Shown here: one piece after another, positions 59,853 to 64,000 of the stretch
Numbering within the stretch: position 1 is the first letter of the stretch
Layout: every line of letters begins with the position of its first letter
Assembly (NCBI GenBank): GCA_048499755.1
Contig: JASNZH010000015.1
Location: 6,128 to 70,127, forward strand
Origin: Anaerolineales bacterium
GTDB taxonomy: Bacteria; Chloroflexota; Anaerolineae; Anaerolineales; Villigracilaceae
DNA length: 64,000 nucleotides
Direction of reading: 5' to 3'
Notes under the pieces: generated by a model
What the model saw: the letters and a program-made list of their open reading frames with translations, nothing else
Told to the model about the DNA's origin: nothing
Databases searched by the model: none
Translations under genes and position numbers: made by a program

Positions 59853-61085
59853 TTAATTCTCCTTTAGAGCCAAATGTTTCAAAACCAATTCACACAACTC
59901 GCGGATAGCCCCCCGCCCACCCGGTTTGGTCAATACATAATCTGCGGCGCGGATGACTTCAGGATACGCATCTGCCACAGCCACCGACCAGCCCGCAATC
60001 TCAAAACAAGGCAGGTCATTGAGGTCATTGCCGATATAGATGACATCCTCCGCTCGAACCTTCTTCTGCTCGAGGACTTCGCGCATCACTCTACCCTTAT
60101 CCTGCATCCCGACCCCATGAATTGCCTCCACCCCCATCTTTTTCGCCCGCGCCTTGACGACTGGATTCGGCTCCGACGAGAGGATCATCACCTCCACGCC
60201 TTTTTCGCGCAGGGTTTTGATGTGCATACTGTCGCTGCGTGAAGCGCTGACCGTTTCCTTTCCGTTCTCATCGGTCAACACGAGGTTATCCGTCACCACG
60301 CCATCGAAGTCGCTGATGATCATCTTCACATTCTCAGGCATGGGGCGATGACCACGTCCCGGTGAGATGGCTTCCAGCCCACCATAAACGACGGCTTCAT
60401 ACTTCGCCCAATCTGCCAGCGTGTCAATATCCACTGTATATTTCGGGTCGATCAATAACGGATAGATGACATCACCCGTCAACGAATTCTTGTTGGCAAT
60501 CGTCGAAACGCGGATGACGTCAATATGTCCCGTTTGCCAGAAAACCGGCGGCAGGATCTGACGTGGCGCATTATAAGGTTCGGGAATGCCGGGCACATCC
60601 AGCAAGGGACGTAGAGGCTTATCGTCCCCATCGAAGCGCCACATCTTGAACGGATTTTGTCCAGCCGGAACCACGCCGCGCACACAGTCCGCATCATCAT
60701 GATGTAACAAAATGCGGATGGCATCATCCACCATGGTCTTCGGACGGATAGGCGAAGTGGGACGCAATTGCACCACCAGATCGGGATGATAGCCTTCCAC
60801 ATCTTCAAACCATTTGAGCGCATGCTCAAAGACTGGCAGGTCTGTGGTCTTGTCCTGTGCCAATTCAGCCGGGCGGACAAACGGCGTTTCGGCTCCCCAT
60901 TCGCGAGCGACAGCGGCGATCTCTTCATCATCCGTCGAAACGATGACGCGCGTCACCAACTCGGACTGTTTCGCCGCAGCAATGCTCCACGCGATCAGCG
61001 GATACCCCGCAAACGAGCGGATGTTCTTGCGCGGAATACCTTTCGAGCCGCCGCGCGCAGGGATGAGAGCGAGGATTTCTGTCAT
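59853..61085 (-). CDS. neuA: CMP-nonulosonate synthetase fused to a KdsC-type HAD phosphatase
   Basis: IPARGGSKGIPRKN, LRPTSP, RQ.LP, DID; then DFDGVVTD...GNDLND...GGRGAIRE. Confidence 0.92.
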   Translation of the reverse strand: MTEILALIPARGGSKGIPRKNIRSFAGYPLIAWSIAAAKQSELVTRVIVSTDDEEIAAVAREWGAETPFVRPAELAQDKTTDLPVFEHALKWFEDVEGYHPDLVVQLRPTSPIRPKTMVDDAIRILLHHDDADCVRGVVPAGQNPFKMWRFDGDDKPLRPLLDVPGIPEPYNAPRQILPPVFWQTGHIDVIRVSTIANKNSLTGDVIYPLLIDPKYTVDIDTLADWAKYEAVVYGGLEAISPGRGHRPMPENVKMIISDFDGVVTDNLVLTDENGKETVSASRSDSMHIKTLREKGVEVMILSSEPNPVVKARAKKMGVEAIHGVGMQDKGRVMREVLEQKKVRAEDVIYIGNDLNDLPCFEIAGWSVAVADAYPEVIRAADYVLTKPGGRGAIRELCELVLKHLALKEN

Positions 61086-61106
61086 ACGCAACTATCAGCT
61101 ATCGCT

Positions 61107-61934
61107 TTACCAAGCTGTCCAACCGCCATCTACAATGACATTATTTCCCGTCATGTAAGAAGAGGCTTCTGAAGCGAGGAATAATAAGGCACCGTTCATT
61201 TCGTCCTTCTTCGCCATGCGACCAAGAATGGTCTTGGCAGAGTAGTTCTTGACGAAATATTCTTCATGGTTGTTGTACACGCCGCCGGGCGTGAGTGCGT
61301 TGACGCGAATTTCTGTCTCAGCATAATACGCGGCAAGATATTTGGTGAATCCCATCACACCGGCTTTGGTCGTTGTGTAATACACAGGTTTGAACGCCAC
61401 ACGTTTGCCGTCTTTGATGTAGATGCGTTGGTCGGGTCCGTTCAAGCCATAGGTCGAGCAGATGTTGATGATGCTGCCCTTTTTGCCTTGTGCGATCATC
61501 TGTTTGACGCAAGCTTGGGTGGTGAGGAACATGCCGGTCAAGTTGACGTTGAGGGCAGCTTGCCAGTCCGCGAGAGGATAATCTTCAAAGGCGCCGGGGG
61601 CGATGCCTTTGGTCGCGGCGTCGGGATCGAACTTCGGGTCAAGCGCCGCAGAGTTGACGAGAATGTCGAGGCGGCCAAACTGCTTGACGGTTTCAGCGAC
61701 CAGCTCGCGGGTCGATTCGATGCGGGTCACATCGAGGGGAAACGCCATCGCCTCATAACCGGACTCCTTGAGTCGTGTCGCAGTCTTGGAAGCAAAATCC
61801 ATATTCAAATCTGCGGCAACGACGGCGGCTCCGGCTTCGACGAGGGTTTTGCAAAATTCAAATCCCAATTGTCCGCCGCCGCCTGTAACGACAGCCACGC
61901 GGTCTTTCAAATTAAATTTATCGAAAATGGTCAT
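61107..61934 (-). CDS. SDR oxidoreductase (PtmA-like)
   Basis: TGGGGQLG, STYG..GPDQRIY, YTTTK, TPGG. Confidence 0.88.
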   Translation of the reverse strand: MTIFDKFNLKDRVAVVTGGGGQLGFEFCKTLVEAGAAVVAADLNMDFASKTATRLKESGYEAMAFPLDVTRIESTRELVAETVKQFGRLDILVNSAALDPKFDPDAATKGIAPGAFEDYPLADWQAALNVNLTGMFLTTQACVKQMIAQGKKGSIINICSTYGLNGPDQRIYIKDGKRVAFKPVYYTTTKAGVMGFTKYLAAYYAETEIRVNALTPGGVYNNHEEYFVKNYSAKTILGRMAKKDEMNGALLFLASEASSYMTGNNVIVDGGWTAW

Positions 61935-61941
61935 AGGTCCT

Positions 61942-63492
61942 CTATGGAAATGCAGTGTAGATTTTATCGCCTTGTCCGTTGAATGCGAGATACAACCCAT
62001 CGGCGAGAATTTGATAAACCGATTGTACTTCTTCGTCATGCGAATCGACATCGAACAACGCCAAGGCAGCATTCTCTGAAAGCACATCGGCTTGTAGTTC
62101 GGCAACGCCCTCATCGAAACGTCCGCGCGGCAAGCCAGTGACCGGGTCAATGAGGTCGGGCAAAACATAGCCTGGACGATTCGTGTAAAGATAAACAGCC
62201 GCTGTCTCGTTGGAGTAAATGCGTGTGCCTTCGGGAAGCTTATCGAGAAATTTCATCGCTTCGGAGTCAAACCATTGGAAAGATGCGTATCCCTGCCCGC
62301 CCCTGCGAAGTTGAATCAATTCGTTTGAGAAGCCATAAGCTGAAAGTAAAAAAATAATTAAAGAAAGTATGACTGTGATTGTTTTTTGTTTTTGCCAAAG
62401 CCAGCAGCCGAGATAAACCAGCATAATAAGCAAACTGACATAAATCGGCGCGACGATGCGGAGCTGAAATTTGGTACTGGCATCAAAGAAAGTCATCGAA
62501 GAAATGATGGAAGCCAGATAGCCAAAGATGTAAAGTGTGCTGATGAAGGATAAAACTTCGGGTGTTTCCGTTTCAGGTTTGAAGAATCTTTTCAAGCCTT
62601 TGGAAAGAACCCAAATGAGCAAAGTAAGAACAATAATGCCAAGAACAATTGAAAATAAGTTAGGAATCTTGATAAGTTCGCGCCGCCACACTTCAATGGG
62701 AAGAAGGAAGGTTGAGAAATTCGAAATTCCCAATTGGATGTTCTCTGTTGTGATGGGATGATAAACGAGTGTTCGGTTGGTGGCATTGTCCGCGAGCAAA
62801 CGGTTGCGGATGCTCCATGCAAGGGCGAAGGGAATGAATCCCGCGAGAAAGATACCTGCACTGGTCAGACGCTGCTTCCAAGTGGGGTGAAGAATAAAAA
62901 GTGAGACGAGAAATGTAGCGAGGAGGGCAAGACCAGCATAGCGGGTCAGGTAGGCGAAGGCGGTGAGAACCGAGGCAAGCAATAAGAACTTTATGGAGTT
63001 CTTTTCTTCACTTGCAAAATATTGTGAAAATGCCAAAAACGCTGCGAGCGTAAAAAAGATGTACAGCGGCTCGCTCATGGCGGTGGTATGGACTCGGAAG
63101 AGTTGTCCGTTTAACAGAATCAGAAGCGCGAGCAAAAATCCCGACGTTTTAGATTTGGTCATGCGCCAGCCGATGAGTCCGAGCATGAACACGTTCGCGC
63201 CAAAAATCAAGGCATTGATAAAACGTGTACCTCGCAATGGATCAAGTCCGCTGATGCCGACGAGAGCGAGAACCGATGAAAACCCAGGCGGAAAATGCGT
63301 GACTGGTTGATTCGAGGCGAGCCATGCTTCACGATAACCTTGTCCTGCCAAGATGCTTCTTGCGCCAGCGATGTAGGCAATGGAATCATCGAAGAGTCCC
63401 ATGCCTTGCGGAGTCGCATACAGGATGAGAAAGGTCCCTGAAAGAGCAAGCAGACCGAGGATTAAGAATGAAGCGAGCGGGGATTTGGTCAT
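61942..63492 (-). CDS. GT-C-like membrane glycosyltransferase
   Basis: DDSIAYIAGA after TM1, HFPPG, SEPLY, TRYAG; many TM helices. Confidence 0.75.
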   Translation of the reverse strand: MTKSPLASFLILGLLALSGTFLILYATPQGMGLFDDSIAYIAGARSILAGQGYREAWLASNQPVTHFPPGFSSVLALVGISGLDPLRGTRFINALIFGANVFMLGLIGWRMTKSKTSGFLLALLILLNGQLFRVHTTAMSEPLYIFFTLAAFLAFSQYFASEEKNSIKFLLLASVLTAFAYLTRYAGLALLATFLVSLFILHPTWKQRLTSAGIFLAGFIPFALAWSIRNRLLADNATNRTLVYHPITTENIQLGISNFSTFLLPIEVWRRELIKIPNLFSIVLGIIVLTLLIWVLSKGLKRFFKPETETPEVLSFISTLYIFGYLASIISSMTFFDASTKFQLRIVAPIYVSLLIMLVYLGCWLWQKQKTITVILSLIIFLLSAYGFSNELIQLRRGGQGYASFQWFDSEAMKFLDKLPEGTRIYSNETAAVYLYTNRPGYVLPDLIDPVTGLPRGRFDEGVAELQADVLSENAALALFDVDSHDEEVQSVYQILADGLYLAFNGQGDKIYTAFP

Positions 63493-63497
63493 ACAAG

Positions 63498-63531
63498 GAG
63501 GTGACAGTCACCTCAACGGCAACTGTCACCT
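63498..63531. repeat. nested palindrome (AGGTGACAGT...ACTGTCACCT)
   Basis: gaggtgac-a-gtcacctc, plus a 10-bp inverted repeat at 63499-63508/63522-63531. Confidence 0.6.
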
Positions 63532-63540
63532 TGATAACAT

Positions 63541-64000
<460 letters not shown>

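Noticed and set aside
58488-59867. 459-aa plus-strand ORF
   Set aside because: It lies antisense to neuB and a sulfotransferase, runs through a REP palindrome and has no recognisable domain.
61935-62168. N-terminal extension of the SDR ORF (353 aa)
   Set aside because: It overlaps the upstream GT-C gene; SDR homology starts at ATG 61934.

Overview
A gene-dense bacterial chromosome segment, most likely from Chloroflexota (Anaerolineales-like). This taxonomic call is an inference from the Thr/Pro-rich lipoproteins, the NBR1-Ig domains and the gene style. The left half (1-32 kb) is mostly housekeeping: infC (ATA start)-rpmI-rplT, a macrodomain protein, TrmH, DUF711, an ArsR/DUF2087 pair with a GNAT, ilvE, a PPIase, groES-groEL under a perfect CIRCE, two TPR proteins, trmD, an MFS transporter, a BMP-type nucleoside ABC transporter, five tandem NBR1-Ig (FW-domain) lipoproteins, queG, rdgB and an orphan GAF histidine kinase. 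The right half (32-64 kb, running off the right edge) is a large minus-strand surface-glycan cluster. It encodes APS kinase, four sulfotransferases, a short NeuB, a NeuA-KdsC fusion, a second CMP-ulosonate synthetase, two candidate ulosonate transferases, six GT-C-type membrane proteins, three GT2s and an O-antigen ligase/Wzy-like protein. The best candidates for novelty are a sulfated, nonulosonate-containing glycosylation system possibly acting on mucin-like Thr/Pro-rich surface proteins, the NBR1-Ig lipoprotein array, and a four-helix-bundle gene framed by inverted 7-mer repeat tracts. I saw no rRNA, tRNA, CRISPR array, transposase or integrase. All family calls come from reading motifs by eye; no searches were run.
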